A stretch of DNA of 39,387 nt from Acidobacteriota bacterium (GTDB lineage: Bacteria > Acidobacteriota > Vicinamibacteria > Vicinamibacterales > 2-12-FULL-66-21): the NCBI GenBank assembly GCA_013362195.1, contig JABFWM010000603.1, positions 1 to 39,387 on the forward strand, written 5' to 3'. Positions 18,108-26,917 of the stretch are shown one piece after another. Both the position numbers and the translations under genes were made by a program. Numbering within the stretch: the stretch's first letter is position 1; each line of letters starts with the position of its first letter. Under the pieces are notes generated by a model. The model searched no databases, was not told the origin of the DNA, and was given only the letters and a program-made list of their open reading frames with translations.

Positions 18108-19205
18108 ATGGCCACGACAACCACCGCACGGATTTTCAATTTCTCGGCCGGCCCCGCTGTTCTTCCGCTCGAAGTCCTCGAGCAGGCCCAGCGCGACCTG
18201 GTGTCCTATCCCGGCATCGGCATGTCGATCCTCGAGATCAGCCATCGTTCGAAGACGTTCGACGAGATCATCCAAGGCTGCGAAGCCGACATGCGTACGC
18301 TCGCGAACATCCCGCCGAACTACAAGGTGCTGTTCCTGCAGGGCGGCGCGAGCCTGCAGTTCTCGATGGTGCCGATGAACCTGCTGCCTGCCGGCGGATC
18401 CGCCGACTACATCATCACCGGCGCGTGGTCGCAGAAGGCAGCCAAGGAAGCGAGGCGCGTCGGCGCCGTCAAGGTCGCGGCCTCGACGGAAGGCGAGAAG
18501 TTCACGCGCGTGCCGCGGCAGAACGAATTGACGCTCGACCCGAACGCCGCGTTCGTGCACATGACGTCCAACAACACCATCTTCGGCACCGAATGGCACG
18601 ACCTGCCGGACGTCGGCGGGGTGCCGCTCGTCTCCGACATGTCGTCCGACATCTTCAGCGGTCCGGTCGACGTGTCGAAGTTCGGCTTGATCTACGCCGG
18701 CGCGCAGAAGAACCTGGCGCCGGCGGGCGTCACGATCGTGATCATCCGTGACGATCTGCTGCAGCGCTCCGCGCCCTCGCTGCACACGATGCTGAACTAC
18801 GCCGTGCACGCCGAGAACCAGTCGCTGTACAACACGCCGCCGGTGTTCACGATCTACGTCATGCGGCTGGTCATGGCGTGGCTGCTGAAGCACGGCGGCC
18901 TCCGGGCGATCGACGCCGTGAACACGCGCAAGGCGGAGAAGCTCTACGCCGAAATCGATCGCTCCGGGTTCTACCGCGGCCACGCGCAGAAGGACAGCCG
19001 GTCGCGCATGAACGTGACGTTCCGGCTGCCCAGCGAGGATCTCGAAAAAACGTTCGCGAAAGAGGCGACCGGGGCGGGGCTCGACGGCTTGAAGGGGCAC
19101 CGTTCGGTCGGCGGGATGCGGGCGTCGATCTACAACGCCTTCCCCGAGGCGGGCGTCGACGCGCTGGTCGAGTTCATGCGCGAGTTCGAGCGGAAAAACG
19201 GCTGA
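18108..19205 (+). CDS. serC: Phosphoserine aminotransferase
   Basis: IFNFSAGPAVLPLEVLEQAQRDL...GMSILEISHRSKTF is the canonical SerC N-terminus. Also present are the YAGAQKNLAPAGVTIV Lys-PLP site and the C-terminal GGMRASIYNA. Confidence 0.92.
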   Translation: MATTTTARIFNFSAGPAVLPLEVLEQAQRDLVSYPGIGMSILEISHRSKTFDEIIQGCEADMRTLANIPPNYKVLFLQGGASLQFSMVPMNLLPAGGSADYIITGAWSQKAAKEARRVGAVKVAASTEGEKFTRVPRQNELTLDPNAAFVHMTSNNTIFGTEWHDLPDVGGVPLVSDMSSDIFSGPVDVSKFGLIYAGAQKNLAPAGVTIVIIRDDLLQRSAPSLHTMLNYAVHAENQSLYNTPPVFTIYVMRLVMAWLLKHGGLRAIDAVNTRKAEKLYAEIDRSGFYRGHAQKDSRSRMNVTFRLPSEDLEKTFAKEATGAGLDGLKGHRSVGGMRASIYNAFPEAGVDALVEFMREFERKNG

Positions 19206-19233
19206 AACGGCCTGTTTTCGCGGGGTTTCGGGG

Positions 19234-19250
19234 CTTACAGAAGTCTTACA
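19234..19250 (+). promoter_or_regulatory. Direct repeat CTTACA-N5-CTTACA (11-bp period) upstream of the desaturase gene
   Basis: CTTACAgaagtCTTACA lies in a lower-GC spacer about 58 nt upstream of the TTG 19308 start. The geometry resembles OmpR/PhoB-family direct-repeat operators. The function is hypothetical. Confidence 0.3.
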
Positions 19251-19307
19251 AACCCGGCTGTCCGGACCTGCTATGTTGATCGTCCCGGTCGCTCTCGAGG
19301 AGCCACG

Positions 19308-20171
19308 TTGACGACGATTCGCGCAGCCGTTCGGACAGCTTATTCACTTTCCACGCTCAATTGGGTCACCGCAGGGTTCATGATCGCGTTCCATGCGCTC
19401 GCGATCGCGGCCTTCTGGTCGTTTTCCTGGACCAATCTCGCCGTCGCGATCGCCTTGCACTGGCTCGCGGTGGGCTTCGGGATCAGTCTCGGATATCACC
19501 GCCTGCACACGCACCGCGGGTTCAAGACGTCCAAGGCGTTCGAATATTTCCTGGCCGTGTGCGGGACGCTGACGCTCGAAGGCGGTCCGATGTTCTGGGT
19601 CGCGACCCATCGTCAGCACCACCAGCTGTCGGACCATGAGGGCGATCCGCACAGCCCGCGCGAGGGCGGATTCTGGGCGCACATCGGCTGGATCCTGTTC
19701 GGTGACACGCACCACAACAACACCGAGCTGATGGGCAAGTACGCGCCCGACCTCGGCCGCGACGGCTTCTACCGCTGGTTGAACACCTATCACTACGTGC
19801 CGCTGACGACGCTTGGCTTCGTCCTGCTCGCGATCGGCGGCTGGTCGATGGTGCTGTGGGGCATCTTCCTGCGCGTCGTGTTCGGCCTCCACGCGAACTG
19901 GCTCGTGAACTCGGCCACGCACATGTGGGGCTCGCGCCGCTTCGAGACGCGCGACGACTCGCGCAACAGCTGGTGGGTAGCGCTGCTCACGTTCGGCGAG
20001 GGCTGGCACAACAACCATCACGCGCACCCGGTCTCGGCGCGCCACGGCCTCGCGTGGTACGAGTTCGACATCAGCTGGATCACGCTGAAGCTGTTCGACG
20101 CGATCGGCCTCGTGTGGGACCTGAAGGTCGCGAAGATTCGGCAGCCGCTGCCCGTCGAGGAAGCGGCGTAG
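19308..20171 (+). CDS. Acyl-CoA/acyl-lipid delta-9-type fatty acid desaturase (membrane, three His boxes)
   Basis: His boxes are GYHRLHTHRGF, HRQHHQLSDHEGDPHSP and GEGWHNNHHAHP. The TTG 19308 start is preceded by GAGGAG, which ends 5 nt upstream. Confidence 0.88.
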   Translation: MTTIRAAVRTAYSLSTLNWVTAGFMIAFHALAIAAFWSFSWTNLAVAIALHWLAVGFGISLGYHRLHTHRGFKTSKAFEYFLAVCGTLTLEGGPMFWVATHRQHHQLSDHEGDPHSPREGGFWAHIGWILFGDTHHNNTELMGKYAPDLGRDGFYRWLNTYHYVPLTTLGFVLLAIGGWSMVLWGIFLRVVFGLHANWLVNSATHMWGSRRFETRDDSRNSWWVALLTFGEGWHNNHHAHPVSARHGLAWYEFDISWITLKLFDAIGLVWDLKVAKIRQPLPVEEAA

Positions 20172-20202
20172 GGGCAGGCCCGCGCGGTCGCACGAGGCGG
20201 AC

Positions 20203-20222
20203 GCCGGGTCTAAAGACCCGGC
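20203..20222. repeat. REP-like palindrome GCCGGGTC-TAAA-GACCCGGC (perfect 8-bp stem), first of two copies
   Basis: It sits 32 nt after the desaturase stop. A near-identical copy lies at 30410-30429. There is no U-tract, so it is not a canonical intrinsic terminator. Confidence 0.7.
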
Positions 20223-20232
20223 CTACGCCCCG

Positions 20233-20281
20233 TCGCTCCTCGCCGTTCGCCCGTCGCCCTTCGCCCTTCGCCCTTCGCTCC
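20233..20281. repeat. Seven tandem heptamers TCGCCNT-like (TCGCTCC TCGCCGT TCGCCCG TCGCCCT TCGCCCT TCGCCCT TCGCTCC)
   Basis: Read directly from the sequence. It lies immediately upstream of the histidine kinase ATG at 20296, and the 7-nt phase runs exactly to the ATG. Confidence 0.9.
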
Positions 20282-20295
20282 GCTATCCTTAAGCC

Positions 20296-21204
20296 ATGAT
20301 CACCGGCCGGCGCCGGTCAGCCATCTTCTTCAGCGTTTTCGGTATCTGCCTCGTCGTGCTGGCGACGACGCTGAACGTCAGCTGGGTGGTGCTCTACTGG
20401 CGCGAGGGCGTGTTGTGGCTCCTCGGCGTCATCTTCTTCCTGCTGATTACCGCCGGCATCGTGCTCAACACGATCTTCCTGGTGCGCGAGATCCGGCGGA
20501 ACGAGCAGCACGACTCGTTCATCAACGCGGTGACGCACGAGCTGAAGACGCCGGTCGCGTCGATTCGCCTCTACCTGCAGACGCTGCAGTCGCGCGATCT
20601 GGATGAAACCAAGCGGCGCGAGTTCTACCGGATCATGCTCGCGGACAGCGATCGGCTGCTGCACACCATCGAGCAGGTGCTGCGCGCCGGGGCCACCGGA
20701 TCGCGGCTGCGGCGCAGCGCGCGCGCCCGGCTCGACCTCGGCGAAATCGCGCGCGAGTGCGTCGAGCTCGCGCGCACGCGCTTTCACCTGCAGCCCGGCG
20801 CCTTGGACTACGTCGATCGCACCTCGTCGCGTCCGATCGTGCTCGGCGACGGCGACGAGCTGAAGGCGGCGGTCTGGAACCTGATTGACAACGCCGTGAA
20901 ATATTCGACGGGCGACATCATGGTGCGCGTGGAACTGGCGGAGCTCGACAACCAGCGCCTGGCCATCCGCGTCATCGATCGCGGGCCGGGGATCTCACCG
21001 GACGAATTGAAGCGGATCTTCCGCCGCTTCTACCGCATCCCCGCCGGCGTCGCGGTGCGGACGAAGGGGAGCGGGCTCGGTCTGTTCATCGTGCGATCGG
21101 TCGCGCGGCGCCACGGCGGGCGCGCGTTCGCCGAGAGCCCCGGCGTCGGCCACGGCAGCACGTTTACCCTGCAGCTGCCCGCTGCACCTCCGGCGTCCGC
21201 GTGA
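20296..21204 (+). CDS. Sensor histidine kinase (HisKA + HATPase_c) with two TM helices and essentially no extracytoplasmic loop
   Basis: TM1 is AIFFSVFGICLVVLATTLNVSWVVLYW, the loop is REG, and TM2 is VLWLLGVIFFLLITAGIVLNTIFLV. TM2 leads directly into the H-box FINAVTHELKTPV. The N box is WNLIDNAVKYS, G1 is DRGPGI and G2 is GSGLGLFIV. Confidence 0.85.
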   Translation: MITGRRRSAIFFSVFGICLVVLATTLNVSWVVLYWREGVLWLLGVIFFLLITAGIVLNTIFLVREIRRNEQHDSFINAVTHELKTPVASIRLYLQTLQSRDLDETKRREFYRIMLADSDRLLHTIEQVLRAGATGSRLRRSARARLDLGEIARECVELARTRFHLQPGALDYVDRTSSRPIVLGDGDELKAAVWNLIDNAVKYSTGDIMVRVELAELDNQRLAIRVIDRGPGISPDELKRIFRRFYRIPAGVAVRTKGSGLGLFIVRSVARRHGGRAFAESPGVGHGSTFTLQLPAAPPASA

Positions 21205-21926
21205 CGGCCGCCGCCGCTCCCGCGATGCCGCAGCGGGTGCTGATCGTCGAAGACGAGCAGCACCTCGCCGAAGGGCTGCGCTTCAACCTGCAGGAGGAGG
21301 GGTTCGACGCCGAGGTCGTCGACACCGGCGAGGACGCGCTGGCGCGGCTGCTCGATCCCGCGTCGCACTTCGACCTCGTCGTGCTCGATGTGATGCTGCC
21401 CGGCATCAGCGGGTTCACCGTGGTGTCGCAGCTGCGGGAACGCCGCCAGTTCGTCCCCGTGCTGATTCTGACCGCGCGCGGCCGCCCGGAAGACGTGCTC
21501 GAGGGGTTCGGCGCCGGCGCCGACGACTACCTGCCCAAGCCGACCGAGCTGGCGATTCTGCTCGCCCGCATCGACAGCCTGCTGCGCCGCAGCTCGTGGG
21601 CGAAGCAGCAGCCGCAGCACGATCGCTACACGTTTGCCGGCCGCACCATCGACTTCGACACGCTCGAGCTCACCGTCGGCGATCGGACGATGCAGTTGAC
21701 GCTGATGGAGGCGAACCTGCTGCGGTTCCTGATCAAGCACGAAGGGAAGGCGATCTCGCGCAAGACGATGCTCGATCGCGTCTGGGACCTGCGCGAGGAC
21801 ACCGACACGCGGGCGATCGACAACTACATCGTGCGGTTGCGCCGCTACAACGAGAAGGAGCCGTCGCGGCCGAAGCACCTGCTCACGGTTCGCGGCGTCG
21901 GCTACCGGTTCGTCGCGAACCCGTGA
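21201..21926 (+). CDS. OmpR/PhoB-family response regulator
   Basis: The GTG 21201 start overlaps the kinase stop (GTGA); the alternative ATG is at 21225. The receiver domain reads RVLIVEDEQHL...DLVVLDVMLPGISGF...PVLILTA...DDYLPKP. The winged-helix domain reads LTLMEANLLRFLIKHEGKAISR...RAIDNYIVRLR...LLTVRGVGYRF. Confidence 0.88.
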   Translation: MTAAAAPAMPQRVLIVEDEQHLAEGLRFNLQEEGFDAEVVDTGEDALARLLDPASHFDLVVLDVMLPGISGFTVVSQLRERRQFVPVLILTARGRPEDVLEGFGAGADDYLPKPTELAILLARIDSLLRRSSWAKQQPQHDRYTFAGRTIDFDTLELTVGDRTMQLTLMEANLLRFLIKHEGKAISRKTMLDRVWDLREDTDTRAIDNYIVRLRRYNEKEPSRPKHLLTVRGVGYRFVANP

Positions 21927-21959
21927 GGGGCGCAGACCCTGAGTCCTGAGGCGTCGCGG

Positions 21960-23354
21960 CTACTCGCGCGGAACCGTGGAGGGCGATCGCCGGCCGCGGC
22001 GGCGCCGGCGGCGGCGGCGGGCTGGAGGATAGGAGCCGGGCTCTTCGTCGCGGCCGGTGCTGGCGTTGGCCTGCAGCGCCCGCCAGTGATGCACCGCCTC
22101 GCGGCGTTCACCGTGGATCTCGAGCCACACGAGCGCCTCTTCGAGCACGTGACGGTGGAGCAGCCCGCGCTGCGCCCGGAACGGCGCCTCGAGATCCAGC
22201 AGGCGCGGCTGGATCGCGAGGATCTGATGCAGGCGCTCGACGTCCCGCCGCGGCATCTGCAGCATCCCGAGCTCGACGCGCCGTTCGAGCGCGTCGGCGG
22301 AGAAGCGCTGGCGGCGGCCGACCAGGCCGAGCGGCGCGAGCAGCGTGCCCGCGAGAATCGCGTTGGTCAGCGTGTCGGGTGCGGACGGGAACTGTTGACG
22401 GTAGCGATCGATGCGCGCGAGCGACTGCCACACCGCCTCGGGGGCCTCGTCGAGTTCCGGCGCGATCGCGCGCAGCAGCTTCGTCTCCTTGAGGATCCGC
22501 AGGCTCTTCTCCGCGGACCCCGATCGCAGGATCTTGAAGAACTCCTCGAGCATCCGCGCCGGCGCCGCGCGGCCGATCTCGTGACGGTGGGTCTCGATGG
22601 CGTCGAGAATCGGCTCGTCGATGGCGAAGTCGAGCCGCGCGGCGAGCACGACCGCGCGCAGCATGCGAACCGGATCCTCGAGGAAGCGCACCGACGGATC
22701 GCCGATCGAACGAATCAGCCGCGCTTCCAGGTCCTGCAGGCCGTTCACGTAATCGATGATCGAGAACGTCGCGATGTCGTAGAACAGCGCGTTGATGGTG
22801 AAGTCGCGGCGGAAGGCATCCTCCTCGGGCGTGCCGAAGGCGTTGTCGCGATGGATCAGACGATCGTGCGCGCGGACCTTGGCGAGGTGCGTGCCTTCGG
22901 CCTGCGTCTGTTCGACCACCGAGTGCCCCGGCTCCGGCTCCGGCACCGCTTCAATCGCTTCGTCGATCTCCGGCGGGAGCTCGGCGGCGTTCACCTGGCG
23001 GCGGAAGGTCGCCACCTCGATCGTCTTCGGACCGAACTTGACGTGCGCGAGGCGGAACCGCCGGCCGATGATCCAGCAGTTGCGGAACAACTTCTTGACC
23101 TGATGCGGATGCGCCGACGTGCCGATATCGAAGTCTTTGGGGCGCCGGCCGAGCAGCAGATCGCGGACGCTCCCGCCGACGAGGTAAGCGATGTAATTGT
23201 GCTCGTGGAGCCGATACAGGACTTTGAGCGCGTCGGGATCAACGTCGCGCCGCGAAATGGAGTGGGACGATCGCGGCACGATGGTCGGCTCTACCATCGG
23301 GGCGATTATAGCATCACGATTGTGCGAACTCCGCTTAAGTTGAAGCATGGGCAC
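21960..23354 (-). CDS. pcnB: Poly(A) polymerase I (nucleotidyltransferase, CCA-adding enzyme superfamily)
   Basis: IVPRSSHSISRRDVDPDALKVLYRLHEHNYIAYLVGGSVRDLLLGRRPKDFDIGTSAHPHQVKKLFRNCWIIGRRFRLAHVKFGPKTIEVATFR is collinear with the conserved PcnB head domain. The C-terminal tail is Arg-rich. The start may lie at an internal Met. Confidence 0.88.
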   Translation of the reverse strand: MPMLQLKRSSHNRDAIIAPMVEPTIVPRSSHSISRRDVDPDALKVLYRLHEHNYIAYLVGGSVRDLLLGRRPKDFDIGTSAHPHQVKKLFRNCWIIGRRFRLAHVKFGPKTIEVATFRRQVNAAELPPEIDEAIEAVPEPEPGHSVVEQTQAEGTHLAKVRAHDRLIHRDNAFGTPEEDAFRRDFTINALFYDIATFSIIDYVNGLQDLEARLIRSIGDPSVRFLEDPVRMLRAVVLAARLDFAIDEPILDAIETHRHEIGRAAPARMLEEFFKILRSGSAEKSLRILKETKLLRAIAPELDEAPEAVWQSLARIDRYRQQFPSAPDTLTNAILAGTLLAPLGLVGRRQRFSADALERRVELGMLQMPRRDVERLHQILAIQPRLLDLEAPFRAQRGLLHRHVLEEALVWLEIHGERREAVHHWRALQANASTGRDEEPGSYPPARRRRRRRRGRRSPSTVPRE

Positions 23355-23392
23355 GAGTTAGGGCAGCCTCAGCGCTGTGCTACCATCCGGGG

Positions 23393-24184
23393 ATGCGTGT
23401 GCGGCTGACGGCCATTCTGCTGGTGATCGTCTCGGTCGGGAGCCAGGCCCTCGCGGCCGACCCGCTGGCCACCGCGCGCCGTCTTTATAACCTGGGACAG
23501 TACGATCGCGCCCTGGATGCCGCGCGCGAGGCCGCGGCGAACCCGGCGATGGCGGCCGCGGCCCGCCTCGTGATGGGACGCATCAACCTCGAACGGTACC
23601 GGCAGTCGGCGCAGAGCAGCGATCTCGACGACGCCCACGCGGCGCTGCAGGACCTCGACCCCAGGACGCTCGATGGCCGCGAACGCGTGGAGCTCCAGGT
23701 CGGCCTCGCGGAGCTGCTGTATTTCGACGAGTACTTCGGCGCGGCGGCGGAAGTGTTCGACCCGATCCTGGAGAGTTCGATCTCGCTCGGGCCCGAGGCG
23801 CACGAGCGTGTCCTCGACTGGTGGGCGACCGCGCTCGATCGCCAGGCGCAAACCTCGCCGGAACGCATCTCGATCTACGAACGCATCGTCGCGCGCATGG
23901 AACAGGAGCTGCGGCGGGATGCGGGCTCCTCGCCCGCGGCGTATTGGCTGGCCGCGGCGGCACGCGGGACGGGACGGCTCGATCGCGCGGCGGCGGCAGC
24001 GAAGGCCGGGTGGATTCGCGCCGGAGCGGCGCGGGATCGCGGCGCCGCCCTCCGCGCCGATCAGGATCGGCTCGTGACGCAGGCGATCATTCCGGACCGC
24101 GCCGGCCGGGCGCCGTCGCGCGATCGCCGTCAGGTGATCGCGAACCTGACCGCGGAGTGGGAGAAGTTCAAGAAGGTCTGGTGA
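23393..24184 (+). CDS. Hypothetical secreted all-helical (TPR-like) protein
   Basis: The signal peptide is MRVRLTAILLVIVSVGSQALAADP. GC3 is high throughout. The N-terminal motif DPLATARRLYNLGQYDRALDAA resembles the start of the 7248-8165 protein (DPVGAARDLYASARYDEALAV). I recognise no catalytic motifs. Confidence 0.55.
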   Translation: MRVRLTAILLVIVSVGSQALAADPLATARRLYNLGQYDRALDAAREAAANPAMAAAARLVMGRINLERYRQSAQSSDLDDAHAALQDLDPRTLDGRERVELQVGLAELLYFDEYFGAAAEVFDPILESSISLGPEAHERVLDWWATALDRQAQTSPERISIYERIVARMEQELRRDAGSSPAAYWLAAAARGTGRLDRAAAAAKAGWIRAGAARDRGAALRADQDRLVTQAIIPDRAGRAPSRDRRQVIANLTAEWEKFKKVW

Positions 24185-24194
24185 TCCGTCGGGG

Positions 24195-26885
24195 CTATTC
24201 CTTCGCCTCTTTCCAGTTTTCGCCAATCCCGACGTCGACGGTGAGCGGTACCTTGAGCGTGACCGCCGACTGCATCAGCTCGCGCACGGCCGCCGCGGTG
24301 TCGTCGGCCGCTTCCCGCGGCGCTTCGAACAGCAGCTCGTCGTGCACGGTGAGAATCATCCGCGCGCGGCCGCCGGCGACCCGCGGCAGTTCGCGGTGCA
24401 CGTCGATCATGGCGAGCTTCAGGATGTCGGCGGCGGTGCCCTGAATCGGCATGTTGGAGGTTTCGCGCTCGGCGGCGGCACGCACCTGTCCGTTCTTGTT
24501 GTTGATGTTCGGGACCAGCCGCCGGCGGCCGAACATGGTCTTCACCACGCCGGTGGCGCGCGCGTCGGCGAGCAGCCCGTCGATGAAGGCGCGGACCGAG
24601 GGGAAGCCGGCGAAGTAGGCGTTGATGAACGCCTGCGCGTCTTCGCGCGAGACGCCGATGTCCTTGGCGAGCGTGAACGCCTGTTTCCCGTAGAGCAACG
24701 CGTAGTTGATGATCTTGGCGCGCCGGCGCAGCTCGTGCCGGCTCAGGCCGCTGCTGGCGCCGAACACCTTCAGCGCGGTCTGATCGTGGATGTCGTCGCC
24801 GCGCGTGAACGCGCCGATCAGCGCCTCGTCGCCCGAGAGATGCGCGAGGACACGCAGTTCGATCTGCGAGTAGTCGGCGGAGATGAGCACGTGGCCGGGG
24901 TCGGCCACGAAGGCGCGGCGGATCTGGCGTCCGAGCTCGGTGCGAATCGGGATGTTCTGCAGGTTCGGATCGCTGCTGCTCAGGCGTCCGGTCGCGGCGA
25001 CGGCCTGGTTGAAGCAGGTGTGCACGCGGCCGGTCTCGGGGTGCACGAGTTGCGGCAGCGCGTCGATGTAGGTCCCCTTCAGCTTCATCAGCGCGCGCCA
25101 TTCGAGGACCCGCCGCGGCATCTCGTGCGCGAGTGCGAGCTCTTCGAGTACTTCGACGGCGGTCGAGTGGGCCTTCGTCTTGGTGGTCCGGCGCAGCGTC
25201 TCGGTGCGCAGCCCCATCTTGTCGAACAGAATCTCGGCGAGCTTCTTCGGCGAGTTGATGTTGAATGCCTCGCCCGCGTCCTCGTAGACGCGCGCCGCCA
25301 GCCGATCGAGCTCCGCCTCGATGTTCTGCGACTGCGAGGCGAGCGCGGGGCCGTCGATCCGGATGCCGGCGCGTTCGACGTCGATGAGCACCGGGATCAG
25401 CGGCAGCTCGAAGCGCTGGTAGATCCCCTCGAGGTCTTCCTTCTTCAGCAGATCGCGCAGCGGCCCGGCGACCTGCGCCGCGAGGTCGGATCGCTCGCCC
25501 GCATAGTCGAGCGCGGCCTGAACGGGGATGTTGGCGAACGACACGGCCTTCGCGCCGCGGCCGCAGACGTCTTCTTCCGTCAAGGCCTTGTAGCCGGTGT
25601 GTTCGAGCGCGAGATCTTCGAGCAGATGCGCCGATCGCGTCGCGTCAATCAGATAGCTCGCCAGCATCGTGTCGGTCTCGAGCCCCGCGAGCTCGACGCC
25701 GTGCCGTTTCAGCAGGATGGCGTCGAACTTCAGGTCGTGGCCGATCTTGCGGATCGACGGGTCTTCGAGCAGCGGCGCCAGCGCGTCGAGCGCCGCGCGC
25801 GGATCGACGCCGCCGTCGAACCCGAGTCCGCCGGCGACGAACGGCACGTAGCGCGCCTGCCGCGGCGCGGTCGAGAACGACAGCCCGACGACCGACGCGC
25901 GCATCGCCGACGCCGTGTCGGGCAGCACGCGGAGCCCGAATCGTCCGGCCGCGCGCAGCTGGTCGATGAGCGCCATCAGGCCGTCCATCGTGTCGACGAT
26001 GGCGTAGTCCTTTCCGACCGTCTGCGCCGTCGGCGCGTATTCCATGACGAGCGATCGGAATCCGAGCCGCGCGAACAGCTCGAAGCAGCGCTGCCGCGAC
26101 GCGCCGCGGTAGCGCGCCGCCTCCGGATCGAAGTCGACGGGGCAGTCGGTGTGAATCCGCGCCAGCACCTTGCTCTGGCGCGCGTCTTCGGCGTGGTTCA
26201 GCAGCCCTTCGCGCTGCCGCTTGTTCGACACGTCCGCGGCATGGTCGAGCAGCGCGTCGAGCGATCCGTAGGCCGCGATCAGATCCCGCGCCCCCTTCTC
26301 GCCGATGCCGGGCACGCCCTTGATGTTGTCGATCGAATCGCCCATCAGCGCGAGCACGTCGACCACCTGCCCGGGCGCGACGCCGAACTTCTCCTTGACC
26401 GCGGCGGCGTCGAACCACGTGCCGTCTTCTTTCGGGTTGTAGACCTTGATGCCGTCGTGCACGAGCTGAAAGAAGTCCTTGTCGCCCGTGACGATGGCCA
26501 CCTCGAACCCCTGCGCGGCGGCTTTGGTCGCCAGCGTGCCGATCACGTCGTCGGCTTCGAAGCGGCGCGACGTGAGGATCGGTACGCCCATCGCTTCGCA
26601 CGCTTCGTGGACCCACGGAATCTGCTCCGCGAGATCGCCGGGCATCGGCGCGCGGTTGGCCTTGTAATCGGTCGCCAGTTCGGATCGAAACGTCGGGCCC
26701 GCGAGATCGAACGATGCGGCGATGAACTGCGGCTGATGATCGTTGATCAACTTGCGCAGCATCGTGACGAACCCGTACACGGCGTTCGTCGACTTGCCAT
26801 CGGGTCCAGTCAGCCCGCGAATCGCGTGATACGCGCGATACATCTGCGAGCTGCCGTCTATGAGGTACAGGCGCGGCATGCTCAT
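24195..26885 (-). CDS. polA: DNA polymerase I
   Basis: The 5'-nuclease N-terminus is PRLYLIDGSSQMYRAYHA. Polymerase motifs are DYSQIELRVLAHLSGDE, RRRAKIINYALLYG and LTVHDELLFE. The protein is 896 aa. Confidence 0.95.
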   Translation of the reverse strand: MSMPRLYLIDGSSQMYRAYHAIRGLTGPDGKSTNAVYGFVTMLRKLINDHQPQFIAASFDLAGPTFRSELATDYKANRAPMPGDLAEQIPWVHEACEAMGVPILTSRRFEADDVIGTLATKAAAQGFEVAIVTGDKDFFQLVHDGIKVYNPKEDGTWFDAAAVKEKFGVAPGQVVDVLALMGDSIDNIKGVPGIGEKGARDLIAAYGSLDALLDHAADVSNKRQREGLLNHAEDARQSKVLARIHTDCPVDFDPEAARYRGASRQRCFELFARLGFRSLVMEYAPTAQTVGKDYAIVDTMDGLMALIDQLRAAGRFGLRVLPDTASAMRASVVGLSFSTAPRQARYVPFVAGGLGFDGGVDPRAALDALAPLLEDPSIRKIGHDLKFDAILLKRHGVELAGLETDTMLASYLIDATRSAHLLEDLALEHTGYKALTEEDVCGRGAKAVSFANIPVQAALDYAGERSDLAAQVAGPLRDLLKKEDLEGIYQRFELPLIPVLIDVERAGIRIDGPALASQSQNIEAELDRLAARVYEDAGEAFNINSPKKLAEILFDKMGLRTETLRRTTKTKAHSTAVEVLEELALAHEMPRRVLEWRALMKLKGTYIDALPQLVHPETGRVHTCFNQAVAATGRLSSSDPNLQNIPIRTELGRQIRRAFVADPGHVLISADYSQIELRVLAHLSGDEALIGAFTRGDDIHDQTALKVFGASSGLSRHELRRRAKIINYALLYGKQAFTLAKDIGVSREDAQAFINAYFAGFPSVRAFIDGLLADARATGVVKTMFGRRRLVPNINNKNGQVRAAAERETSNMPIQGTAADILKLAMIDVHRELPRVAGGRARMILTVHDELLFEAPREAADDTAAAVRELMQSAVTLKVPLTVDVGIGENWKEAKE

Positions 26886-26917
26886 TGGGAGGGAAACTTC
26901 AGTATATCATCCGGGTG

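Noticed and set aside
20203-20222. Interpreting the GCCGGGTC-N4-GACCCGGC hairpins (also at 30410-30429) as canonical rho-independent terminators.
   Set aside because: Neither hairpin is followed by a T/U-tract. I annotated them as REP-like repeats and left terminator function as a hypothesis.
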